DNA of 64,000 bases. It comes from Planctomycetota bacterium. GTDB lineage: Bacteria; Planctomycetota; UBA8108; SXIK01. The notes beneath the pieces were generated by a model. The model was not told the origin of the DNA, searched no databases, and worked only from the letters and a program-made list of their open reading frames with translations. The position numbers and the translations under genes are program-made. Positions 9,238-18,318 of this stretch are shown in pieces (the first letter of the stretch is position 1; each line of letters opens with the position of its first letter). The stretch is taken from NCBI GenBank assembly GCA_965223845.1, contig CBDCXR010000004.1, positions 2,560,001-2,624,000 on the forward strand, read 5' to 3'.

Positions 9238-10602
9238 TCACTCCGCGATCGTCACTCGCGTTTTGTACGGCACGAGATCGTAGAGCAGCTCGACGTCGAC
9301 GTTGTTCATCCGCACGCAACCCGCCGACGACTCGACGCCGATCGACCGGGGATCCTGCGTCCCGTGGATGCCGTAACCGGAGTATTGCTCCGTCGCCTCG
9401 AATCCGAGCCAGCGGGATCCGAGCACGTTATCCGGGTGCCCGGGCGGGATCGACGCGCGCCCAGCCGGCCACCAAGCGGGGTCCTTTTCCTTGACCTTCA
9501 CCACGAAGCTTCCGACCGGAGTGCCGCCGAGCTTGCCGAGGCCGACGGGACGCTCGAGGAGCACGCGGCCATCGACCGTCACCCAGAGGCGAAATTCGCT
9601 CTTCTTGACGAACACCTCGATCTTGCCGACGAGAATTCGCAGCCGCACCCCGGGCCGGATCACGTCGCTCGCGAGTCCGTTGAGTCGCTGAATGGAGCCC
9701 ACCGTCGTTCCGTGCCGTACGGCGATCGCGGTCAAGTTGTCCCCGGCGCGGACGGTGTAGGTTTCGAGCACGAGCGGCGAACGACCCGAAAACACGACGC
9801 GCTCGAGGAACGGTCGCAAGTGTCCGAGCACTCGCGTTCGACTCGCGGAGTCGCGGGCCGCCTCATACGCGAGGCTGAGCTCCTCCCACGCCCGGAACGC
9901 GGACGCCGAATCGGCGAACGCCGTCTTGAGACTCTCGAGCGCGGCACCGAGACTCTCGGCGAAAAGTTGCTCGCCGCCGCTCCCTCGCGCCGCGAGGTAG
10001 CGGAGGTACTCGCGCCGGCGGACAAATTCGGTTTCGATCTCGAGAAGTCGAGTGACCTCCGCGGTGAGGTCCATGCCCTGGTCCTTCCACACTGCGTAGA
10101 TCCGCTCGAGGAGCTGCTTTCCGAGAGCCGCGTCGCCGGCGTCGAACGTCGCGAACGCGAGCTCCCGCTGCTCGGTGAGTACGCTCGCGGCGACGACGTC
10201 CGCGGCGCGCGAGGTCGGAGGCGCAGGACGGAGTCCCGACGCCGGTCGAGGAGCGAGCTCGGCTGCGTCGCCCGCGAAGAACATCGCGCCACCGAATTTC
10301 GGTGGCAACGGAGTCTCCGCAACGACGTTCCCCTCGCCCGCCTCCGAGATCGAAGGCGCGGTTTCCGCCCCGTTTCCCGCCTCGCGCGAGCCCTCGCCCC
10401 GCGAGGCGCCTTCAGGCGACGGCTCGGACGCCGCGCCGTCCGCCGGCGACGTCGCTTCCGGATCGCCCGCCAGCCGGGGAACGACGGGTGCCGGCTCTCC
10501 ACTCGTCGAGTCGTCGGGCGTGCCGCCCGACGCCCACTGAATCAAGGCCCAACCGGCACCACCGATGATGAGCCCGGCACACAACGTGAGTGCAGTCTTC
10601 AC
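9238..10602 (-). CDS. LysM-domain L,D-transpeptidase (YkuD family) with N-terminal anchor
   Basis: YTVRAGDNLTAIAVRHGTTV (LysM), NVLGSRWLG, YGIHGT..SSAGCVRM (catalytic HxxxC motif). Confidence 0.9.
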   Translation of the reverse strand: MKTALTLCAGLIIGGAGWALIQWASGGTPDDSTSGEPAPVVPRLAGDPEATSPADGAASEPSPEGASRGEGSREAGNGAETAPSISEAGEGNVVAETPLPPKFGGAMFFAGDAAELAPRPASGLRPAPPTSRAADVVAASVLTEQRELAFATFDAGDAALGKQLLERIYAVWKDQGMDLTAEVTRLLEIETEFVRRREYLRYLAARGSGGEQLFAESLGAALESLKTAFADSASAFRAWEELSLAYEAARDSASRTRVLGHLRPFLERVVFSGRSPLVLETYTVRAGDNLTAIAVRHGTTVGSIQRLNGLASDVIRPGVRLRILVGKIEVFVKKSEFRLWVTVDGRVLLERPVGLGKLGGTPVGSFVVKVKEKDPAWWPAGRASIPPGHPDNVLGSRWLGFEATEQYSGYGIHGTQDPRSIGVESSAGCVRMNNVDVELLYDLVPYKTRVTIAE

Positions 10603-10845
10603 GTCCCCGCTCCTCTCTCTTCGATCGTCTTTTCTCGATCAGCGGCTCCGGTCCGGATTCGCGCCTCCAAGCGCTCGAACCGGACAACGGACGGGCCGCT
10701 CCGCATGGCGCGCCCGCCCTGCGCACGCGGAACTCCTCGGGTGAGCGACGCGCATTTAACCTCAATTCCCCCTCGAATGCCACTGCGCCGCCGACCGTGC
10801 GATCGGATCGAGCCACGGATCCCCTCGAGCGCCCCCGACTCCGCC

Positions 10846-13287
10846 TCAACGAAGCGGAAAGCCAGCGTCCTCGAGGCTCCCGATGACTCGAGTTTGGAGC
10901 GCTCCGATCTCCTCCCCCGAGAGCGTTCGCTCGGCGGATCCGAACACGAGGTGAAACGCGACGGATTTTTTTCCGTCGTCCAGATTCTCGTAGACGCTCA
11001 TCACGTCGAGCCCGAGGAGCGCCTCGCCAGCAGCGTCTCGAATCACGGAGGCGATCTCGCGCACCGGCGTGCGCGAGGCGGCGACGACCGCGACGTCGAA
11101 GGGAACGGTCGGATAGCGAAGCGGCGGGTGATAGTCGACGGTGCGGCGATCGCCGTCAGAGAACAGGGCGTCGAAGTCGAGATCGAACGCGACGATCTCA
11201 CCCTTCAGCTTCAGCTCGCGCTGGAGCACTGGATGGACGCGGAACACTCGGCCGAACTCGCGCTCTTTTTGAACGAAGCGCCCCGAGACGGTGGGATGGA
11301 TCCACCGCACGAGCTCGGCGTCTCCCAGCGGAAGCAAGTCGACCGGTGCGAGACCGAGCCGCGCGAGGAGATCGAGCAGGACGCGACGCACGCCGTAGAA
11401 GTTGCCGTTCTTCTTTTCGGGAAAGCTCACGATTCCCGCGAGGCGAGAGCGCTCATCGGGCAGCCCGGGCTCGGTCAGCTCGTCCGCTTCTTTCCGGTAG
11501 ACTCGACCGAGCTCGAAGAATCCGAAGTCGAGTCCGTAGCGCTGGTTCTCCTTCGCCTTCTCGAGATGAATCGGGACGATCTCGCGCCGCATGTGATCGA
11601 GATCCTCGCTCACAGGGTTTCGGAGCACCATGTGCGCGGCGGGATCGAGTCCGAAACGCGCGCAATGAGCGGCCCCGACCATGGAGTACGTGAACACCTC
11701 GCTCCAGCCGGCTCGGTCGGACAAGTAGTGCTTCGCGCGGCGCTCGAATCGGCGGTGCTCGTTCGGTACGGGCGCGGCGACCGGCCAAGCGGGCGCGAAC
11801 GGTTCGATGTTGTCGTAACCGTGAACCCGCCCCACCTCCTCGACGAGGTCCTCTCGCACCTCAACATCCTTCGTCGCTCGCCAGGACGGGACCGAGACCG
11901 TCCACTCGTCGTCCGGCTCTCCGTCGACGCCGAAACCGAGCCACTCTAGGCTCTCCTTCACTTCGCGAGCCGGCAGCGGCGCGCCCAGCCGCTGCGCGAT
12001 GAACTTGGCGTCGGTCCGGATCTCGATCCGCTCGGCCGGCTCGAAACCCACGTCCTGAAGCGGCCCGATCACTTTGGCGCCGGGGCAGAGGTCGAGGATC
12101 ATCTTTGCGGCCCGGAGAACGCCTTCTCGCGCGAGGACGGGGTCGAGCGACTTCTCGAAGCGAAGCGACGAGTCGGTGCGTTTCCCGACGCGGGTCGAGG
12201 TCTGCCGCACGCGAACGGGAGAAAAGTTCGCGCACTCGAGAAACACCGACGTTGCGCCCTCCGAGATTTCCGTTCCTTCACCGCCCATGATTCCGGCGAG
12301 CGCGACGGGCTCCGCGCCATCGGCGATGACGAGGTCCTCCGCGAGCAGCTCGACGGTCGTATCGTCGAGGAGACGGATCTTCTCGCCCGCTCGCGCGCGA
12401 CGGACGACGATCTTGCCGCCGCCGACCCGCGCCGTGTCGAAGGCGTGGAGCGGCTGCCCGAGCTCGAAGAGAACGTAGTTCGTCACGTCGACGATGTTGT
12501 TGATCGGACGACTGCCGATCGCGAGGAGTCGATGCTGGAGCCACGCGGGAGATGGCTCGACGCGCACGCCGTCGATTTGAAGTCCGCAGTAACGCCGGCA
12601 AAGTCCGTCGCGTCCGCCGACCCCGTCGCCTTCGATCGCGACCGTCACCGACGCACTCCCCGGCGCCGTCGCGAGCGATTCGTCGAGATCGAGCGGCCGC
12701 AGCGGGACGCGGTACATCGCCGCGAACTCGCGCGCGAGCCCGTAGTGTCCCCAAAGGTCGGGCCGGTGAGTGAGCGACTTGTTGTCGATTTCGAAGACCA
12801 CGTCCCGGAGCTCGGGGAACGCTTCGACGAGAGTGCTCCCCACTTCAGCGCCGTCCGGAATCTCCCAGAGTCCCGCGCCGTCCGCGGAGACTCCGAGCTC
12901 CTTCTGCGAGCAGAGCATTCCCTCGGACCGGATCCCACGCACCTTCGCCGCCTTGATCTTCGTCCCGCCGACGACCGTTCCCGGCAGGGCGAGCGCGGCC
13001 GCCATCCCCGGGCGAACGTTCGGCGCGCCGCAGACGACCGTGAGAGGGTCACCGCCGGCGTCGACGCGAGCGAGGCGGAGACGATCGGCCCCAGGATGCG
13101 GTTCCACCGACTCCACGTTCGCGACGACGATTCCGCCGAGCTGCGTCCCCCACTCCGTCACCGCCTCGACTTCGGCGGTGTGAAGCGAGAGCTCGACGCC
13201 GATCTCTTGCGGCGATCCGATCTTTCGGGCGGACTCCGAACGATCGAACGGACAGAACTCGCGGATCCAGTTGAGCGAAACTTGCAT
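10846..13287 (-). CDS. pheT: Phenylalanine-tRNA ligase beta subunit
   Basis: HPGADRL, VVCGAPN, RGIRSEGMLCS, RPINNIVDVTNYV..GQPLHAFD, VPSWR..D..DLVEEVGR, and a C-terminal FDX-ACB domain. Confidence 0.97.
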   Translation of the reverse strand: MQVSLNWIREFCPFDRSESARKIGSPQEIGVELSLHTAEVEAVTEWGTQLGGIVVANVESVEPHPGADRLRLARVDAGGDPLTVVCGAPNVRPGMAAALALPGTVVGGTKIKAAKVRGIRSEGMLCSQKELGVSADGAGLWEIPDGAEVGSTLVEAFPELRDVVFEIDNKSLTHRPDLWGHYGLAREFAAMYRVPLRPLDLDESLATAPGSASVTVAIEGDGVGGRDGLCRRYCGLQIDGVRVEPSPAWLQHRLLAIGSRPINNIVDVTNYVLFELGQPLHAFDTARVGGGKIVVRRARAGEKIRLLDDTTVELLAEDLVIADGAEPVALAGIMGGEGTEISEGATSVFLECANFSPVRVRQTSTRVGKRTDSSLRFEKSLDPVLAREGVLRAAKMILDLCPGAKVIGPLQDVGFEPAERIEIRTDAKFIAQRLGAPLPAREVKESLEWLGFGVDGEPDDEWTVSVPSWRATKDVEVREDLVEEVGRVHGYDNIEPFAPAWPVAAPVPNEHRRFERRAKHYLSDRAGWSEVFTYSMVGAAHCARFGLDPAAHMVLRNPVSEDLDHMRREIVPIHLEKAKENQRYGLDFGFFELGRVYRKEADELTEPGLPDERSRLAGIVSFPEKKNGNFYGVRRVLLDLLARLGLAPVDLLPLGDAELVRWIHPTVSGRFVQKEREFGRVFRVHPVLQRELKLKGEIVAFDLDFDALFSDGDRRTVDYHPPLRYPTVPFDVAVVAASRTPVREIASVIRDAAGEALLGLDVMSVYENLDDGKKSVAFHLVFGSAERTLSGEEIGALQTRVIGSLEDAGFPLR

Positions 13288-13345
13288 CGGAGGGACAGGT
13301 CAGAAGAGAAGCGAAACGTTCGCGCGACGTATCACCGAAGCCGCA

Positions 13346-14368
13346 TCAGCGAAACTGGCGCACAAAGCGAAGGTCGGCGCTGTGGAGATGACGGATATCC
13401 TCGATGCCGTAGCGCATCATGACGAGTCGATCGAGCCCGAGCCCGAACGCGAATCCCGAGTATTCGTCGGGATCGATCTCGCCGGCGCGGAGCACGTTCG
13501 GATGGACCATGCCGCAGGGGAGGAGCTCGACCCAGCCGGTTTGCTTGCAGACGGCGCAGCCGTCGCCGCGGCAAATGAGGCAGCGAATGTCGAGCTCGAA
13601 CCCCGGCTCGACGAAGGGGAAGTACCCCGGACGGAGCCGCACTTCCTCCTCGCGGCCGAAGATGCGCGAGAGGAGAGTCTTCATGAAGTAGATGAGGTGG
13701 GCGACCTTGATGTCTCGGTCGACCATCATGCCTTCGAGCTGGTGGAACGTCGCCTCGTGGCTCGCGTCGAGACGCTCGCAGCGGAACACCTTTCCCGGTG
13801 CGATCATCTTGAACGGCGGGCGAAAGCGTTTCATCCCCCGCACCTGGATGCTGGAGGTGTGCGTCCGGAGCAGGTTTCCGTCCTCGAGGTAGAACGTGTC
13901 CTGCATGTCGCGAGACGGGTGGTCCGCCGGGATGTTCAAGGCCTCGAAGTTGAAGTAGTCCGTCTCGACGTGCGGCCCGTCGAGGACCTGGAATCCCATC
14001 GAGACGAAGACATCTTCGATCTCGTACTGAATCTGCGTCGTCGGGTGGAGTGTCCCGCTCGGGCGAGCGTCCGCGTCGAGCGTCACGTCGAGCCAATCGG
14101 CATCGAGCTCGCGGCGCAACGCAGCGCCGGCGATCTCCTCGCGTTTCGACCGGAGGGCGGCTTCCGCCTCGCCCTTGCGCACGTTGAGGAGCTTGCCCGC
14201 GCTCTTTCGCTCCTCCGGTGAGAGCTTGCCGAGGCCCTTGAGGAGAGTCGTGAGGGCGCCGCTCTTCCCGAGGTAGCGGACCCGCAACTCGTCGAGCTCG
14301 GGTTCGCTCTCGACGGCGGCGAGTGCGGTTTCGAGCTCCTCCCAGATCGTGTCGACTTCGTTCTGCAC
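13346..14368 (-). CDS. pheS: Phenylalanine-tRNA ligase alpha subunit
   Basis: NFEALN..HPSRDMQDTFY, LLRTHTS, FHQLEG, RPGYFPFVEP, GFAFGLGLDRL. GTG 14368 follows GGAGG. Confidence 0.97.
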   Translation of the reverse strand: MQNEVDTIWEELETALAAVESEPELDELRVRYLGKSGALTTLLKGLGKLSPEERKSAGKLLNVRKGEAEAALRSKREEIAGAALRRELDADWLDVTLDADARPSGTLHPTTQIQYEIEDVFVSMGFQVLDGPHVETDYFNFEALNIPADHPSRDMQDTFYLEDGNLLRTHTSSIQVRGMKRFRPPFKMIAPGKVFRCERLDASHEATFHQLEGMMVDRDIKVAHLIYFMKTLLSRIFGREEEVRLRPGYFPFVEPGFELDIRCLICRGDGCAVCKQTGWVELLPCGMVHPNVLRAGEIDPDEYSGFAFGLGLDRLVMMRYGIEDIRHLHSADLRFVRQFR

Positions 14369-14541
14369 TCTCTCGTCCTCCGCCGCCGTCCACGCTCGCA
14401 CCGAACGCGAACCGATCCGGCGCCGACCACCGTGACCGCGACGCGCGATGGACGTCGTCGGCTAACGGATCACTCGGCCGCGACGCGCTCGCACGTGAGG
14501 AGTTCGAGCGAGTGCAGTCGCTCCCGGACGCCCGCCCGCGT

Positions 14542-14898
14542 CTACTTGAGCGCGCCCCGAGCCGTTTCGACGAGCCCGTCGAACGCCGCGCTGTCTCGCA
14601 CCGCCATGTCCGCGAGGATCTTCCGGTTGAGCTCGACGCCGGCCGAGTTCAGCCCGCGAACGAACTGACTGTAGTTGATTCCGCGCGCGCGACACGCGGC
14701 ATTGATGCGCACGATCCACAGCCGGCGGAAATCGCCCTTCTTTTTCCGGCGGTGCTTGGTTGCGAACGCTTCCGCTCGGATCAGCGATTCCTTGGCGACG
14801 CGGTGGAGCTTGCTGCGACCGCCCCAGTAGCCGCGAACTCGCTTGCGAAGTCGGCTCTTCTTGCGGAGTCGGGCGACTCCGTTCACTGCGCGTGACAT
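14542..14898 (-). CDS. rplT: 50S ribosomal protein L20
   Basis: [33 protein letters not shown]. Confidence 0.98.
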   Translation of the reverse strand: MSRAVNGVARLRKKSRLRKRVRGYWGGRSKLHRVAKESLIRAEAFATKHRRKKKGDFRRLWIVRINAACRARGINYSQFVRGLNSAGVELNRKILADMAVRDSAAFDGLVETARGALK

Positions 14899-14970
14899 CT
14901 CGTTGAAACTCTACTCTTCGGGTCGCGGGAATTCGGGTCTCGCGGGGATTGCCGGATACGACGACGTCGC

Positions 14971-15165
14971 TCAGACGCCGAGCAACCGTCGCATTTTCAC
15001 TGCGTCCGACTCCGCGCAGATCAGCTGGCGGCGGAGCTGTCGCTTGCGCTTGGCCGACTTCACCGACAAGAGGTGACGCCGACCGGGCCGGGATCGCTTG
15101 ACCTTCCCGCTTTTCGTCAGGCGGAAGCGCTTCTTGGCCGCGCGGTTCGTCTTCATCTTCGGCAT
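14971..15165 (-). CDS. rpmI: 50S ribosomal protein L35
   Basis: MPKMKTNRAAKKRFRLTKSGKVK; lies between infC and rplT. Confidence 0.97.
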   Translation of the reverse strand: MPKMKTNRAAKKRFRLTKSGKVKRSRPGRRHLLSVKSAKRKRQLRRQLICAESDAVKMRRLLGV

Positions 15166-15379
15166 CGGAGGGGCCCCTCCTCGGGTGGCCCGATTCGCTC
15201 GCTCGCGACGGAACGTCGCAGATCTCGCGGCCGCCGTCGTTCGACGCCATCGCTGGCTCGTCCGGCAATGGGCGAAAGGGACGTATTGTAGCAGGGACGA
15301 ACCGCGAGGAAAGGGGCAAGCGCCGAGTTTCTCCGGGCCGCTCGCCCGACCCGCCCGCGGGAGCCGCGCCGCCGCGCGG

Positions 15380-15916
15380 TCACCGGCTGACGAGGATCAT
15401 GATCATGCGATTGCGGCCTTCTCGGGACGGCTCCTGCTCGACCTTGGCGATGTCGTCGACTTCGCCGGCGAAGCGAAGGAGCGATTGGCGACCGATGTCG
15501 AGGTGGATCGTCTCGCGTCCACGAAACATCATCGTCACCTGGACCTTGTGGCCCTTCTCGAGAAAGCCCCGGGCGCGTCCGAGCTTCACCTGGAAATCGT
15601 GCTCTTCGCACTTCGGGCGAAGCTTGATCTCCTTACGCCGCTGGACGGTCTTCTTCGACCCTCGCCCCTTCTTCTTTTGGTCGAATTTGTACTTCCCGTA
15701 GTCCATGAGCTTGCAGGTCGGCGGCTTGGCCATCGCGGCCATTTCCACCAAATCGAGGCCCCGCTCTTCGGCGAGGGCCAGCGCGTCAGCAACGCTCATG
15801 ATCCCCAACTGCTCTCCGTGCTCGTCGATCAGACGAACGTCCCCGGGCCGCGGACGAAAAATGATCCGGGGCCCTCTTTGAGGCGGCGGGCCTCCTCTAC
15901 CAGGCATCGGGCGAAT
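15380..15916 (-). CDS. infC: Translation initiation factor IF-3 (probable ATT start)
   Basis: VRLIDEHGEQLG, GLDLVE, PPTCKLMDYGKY, KEIKLRP, FLEKGHKV..FRGRE. An in-frame ATT at 15916 lies 7 nt after AAGGAG. Confidence 0.95.
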   Translation of the reverse strand: MRPMPGRGGPPPQRGPRIIFRPRPGDVRLIDEHGEQLGIMSVADALALAEERGLDLVEMAAMAKPPTCKLMDYGKYKFDQKKKGRGSKKTVQRRKEIKLRPKCEEHDFQVKLGRARGFLEKGHKVQVTMMFRGRETIHLDIGRQSLLRFAGEVDDIAKVEQEPSREGRNRMIMILVSR

Positions 15917-16140
15917 GGGAAATCTCCTTCTTTCTTGAGACCGGCGTTCTCGGGACCGGGCGAAGCGTGCCCGGTGAGTCGCGCCGGGTACACATCAAGA
16001 TCGCGTCCCGCACTCGGAACACTTCGGCAGACCGCTTCGCTGCTTGCGAGAGAGGCGTCCACCGGATTCGCGATTTGCGGCTTCCGAATCGAATCCTTAC
16101 CGGACGCACGCACGATCGAGCGGGGCCTCTTCGTTCTCGA

Positions 16141-16170
16141 AGCGTAACTCGGTCAAAAAACTTACGTCAA
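16141..16170 (-). promoter_or_regulatory. Putative sigma70-type promoter for the infC operon
   Basis: TTGACG-18 nt-TACGCT on the minus strand, in an AT-rich patch after aspS. Confidence 0.45.
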
Positions 16171-16196
16171 TAGAAAATCCGCCGAAGGCCGGCGTG

Positions 16197-18002
16197 CTAC
16201 TCGACCGCCTCCCCTCCGCGAAACTCGAGGCCCAACTCCTTCCATTGCTCGGCCTTAGGCGCGCTCGGGGCATCGGTCATCAGGCAGTTCCCGCGCGCGG
16301 TCTTCGGAAAGGCGATGACATCGCGGATGCTCTCGGCGCGGGTCATGAGCATGACGAGCCGATCGAGTCCGAGCGCGATCCCGCCGTGGGGCGGCGCGCC
16401 GTAGGACAGAGCGTCGAGGAGGAAGCCGAATTTCGCCCGGGCCTCGTCGTCCCCGAGCGCGATCGCGCGAAAGACCTTCTCCTGCACGTCTCGCCCATGG
16501 ATTCGGATGCTGCCGCCGCCGAGCTCCGTGCCGTTTAGAACAATGTCGTACGCTCGAGAACGAACCTCCCCGGGCGACGACTCGAGCTGGTCGAGATCCT
16601 CGGCGCGCGGACTCGTAAACGGGTGATGGAGGGCGACCCAGCGCTCGTCCTCTTCGTCCCAGTCGAGGAGGGGGAAGTCGGTGACCCACAAGAAATCGAG
16701 GCGCGCCGGGTCGATCAGCCCGAGCTGGCGGCCGACATGGAGCCGCAGCTCGCCGAGCCCGGGTCCCGTCACCGAATCGCGATCGGCGAGGAAGACCAGC
16801 AGGTCGCCGTCCGTGGCTCCGAACGCGGACCGCAGCCGCTCCTCGATCGCGCCGCCGACGAACTTCGCCACCGGTCCCTTGGGTCCGTCCGCCTCGAGCT
16901 TCACCCAGGCCATCCCCTTAGCGCCGTACTCCTTGCACACGTCCTCGCACGCGGTGATTTCTTTCCGCGAGAGCTTGGCCCCACCGGGAACGCAGATGCC
17001 GCGCACGCGACCGCCGCTCGAGAGCGCGGATTGAAACACACGGAATTCCGTATCACGCGCGATGTCCGAGACGTCCTCGAGAAAGAGGTCGCAGCGCGTG
17101 TCCGGCCGATCGGTGCCGTAACGTTCCACCGCTTCGGCGTACGGCATGCGCCGGATCGGAAGCTCGATCTCGTGTCCGAGGATGTCTCCGAACACACGCG
17201 CGAGGAGTCCATCGATCAGCTCGAAGACGTCCGACTCGTCGACGAAGGCCATCTCGATGTCGAGCTGGGTAAACTCGGGCTGCCGGTCCGCGCGCAGATC
17301 CTCGTCGCGGAGACACTTCACAACCTGATAGTAGCGGTCGAACCCGCTCACCATGAAGAGCTGCTTGAAGAGCTGCGGTGACTGCGGCAGAGCGAAGCAC
17401 TTCCCCGGATGCCCGCGCGCCGGGACGAGGAAGTCGCGCGCTCCCTCGGGCGTGCTCTTCGTGAGGAGAGGCGTCTCGAGATCGAGGAATCCCCGTTCTT
17501 CAAGGTAAGTGCGGAGGAGCCCGGTGATCTTCGCGCGGAGAACGATGCGCTCCTGCATTTCGCGGCGACGGAGATCGAGGTAGCGGTAGCGAAGACGAAT
17601 CTCCTCGCCCGGAATCGCATCCGTCGTTCCGATCTCGAACGGCGGGACCTCGCACGGATTGAGGACGCGAAGCTCTGACGCGACCAGTTCGATCTCGCCC
17701 GTCGCGAGCTTCGGATTGACCATCCCATCGGGTCGCGCCCGCACGGTTCCTCGCACCGCGATGACGAATTGCGGGCGGAGGGTATCGAGAGCGTCGCCGG
17801 AGAGCTCGGCCGGGTCGAGCACGACCTGCGTTAGGCCGTACCGATCCCTGAGGTCGAGAAAGCGGAGCCCGCCGTGATCGCGCAGGCTTTCGACCCAGCC
17901 GTTCAGGCTCACCTCGGCATCGACATCCGCCGCGGCCAGTTGGCCGCAGGTGTGGGTGCGCTTGAGTTCTCGTTCTCTCTCGCCGGACGTCATTTCCGCC
18001 AT
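16197..18002 (-). CDS. aspS: Aspartate-tRNA ligase, probably non-discriminating (Asp/Asn)
   Basis: RTHTCG, RDHGG, RLRYRYLDLRR, STPEGARDF, LPQSPQLFKQ, RDEDLRADRQPEFTQ, GAPPHGGIALGLDR. The His in RDHGG and the Gly in RPDG match non-discriminating AspRS determinants. Confidence 0.96.
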   Translation of the reverse strand: MAEMTSGERERELKRTHTCGQLAAADVDAEVSLNGWVESLRDHGGLRFLDLRDRYGLTQVVLDPAELSGDALDTLRPQFVIAVRGTVRARPDGMVNPKLATGEIELVASELRVLNPCEVPPFEIGTTDAIPGEEIRLRYRYLDLRRREMQERIVLRAKITGLLRTYLEERGFLDLETPLLTKSTPEGARDFLVPARGHPGKCFALPQSPQLFKQLFMVSGFDRYYQVVKCLRDEDLRADRQPEFTQLDIEMAFVDESDVFELIDGLLARVFGDILGHEIELPIRRMPYAEAVERYGTDRPDTRCDLFLEDVSDIARDTEFRVFQSALSSGGRVRGICVPGGAKLSRKEITACEDVCKEYGAKGMAWVKLEADGPKGPVAKFVGGAIEERLRSAFGATDGDLLVFLADRDSVTGPGLGELRLHVGRQLGLIDPARLDFLWVTDFPLLDWDEEDERWVALHHPFTSPRAEDLDQLESSPGEVRSRAYDIVLNGTELGGGSIRIHGRDVQEKVFRAIALGDDEARAKFGFLLDALSYGAPPHGGIALGLDRLVMLMTRAESIRDVIAFPKTARGNCLMTDAPSAPKAEQWKELGLEFRGGEAVE

Positions 18003-18318
18003 CGCTCGCCTCGCCGGGGAGCCTGCACTCGCCTTTCGACCGGCGCGGGAATCGAGCGCGCTCGGACCATCGGAGGCGCCACCGTCCGGACAGCCCGAGC
18101 GGCACCCGGATTGTAGCCGCCTCGATCGACGCACCGTTCGCGGCGCAGGCTCTCGGCGCGTCGGGTTCGTCTAGGGCCCACCTTTCGCTCCGTCTCCGGA
18201 TCGGTCGTCTCGGGCATCGCGGTGGACGCGGGAGACGATGAGAGCGCGGTGAGTCCCCGAGATCGGACCGAGGATTCTACCGACGAGTCCCAGGAGCGGC
18301 GACCGAAAAACGTCGGTG

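Noticed and set aside
8650-11949. 1099-aa plus-strand ORF (also 3064-5469, 18316-20259, 30278-33049, 39970-41760)
   Set aside because: Antisense shadows of real genes caused by high-GC codon bias; no recognisable motifs.
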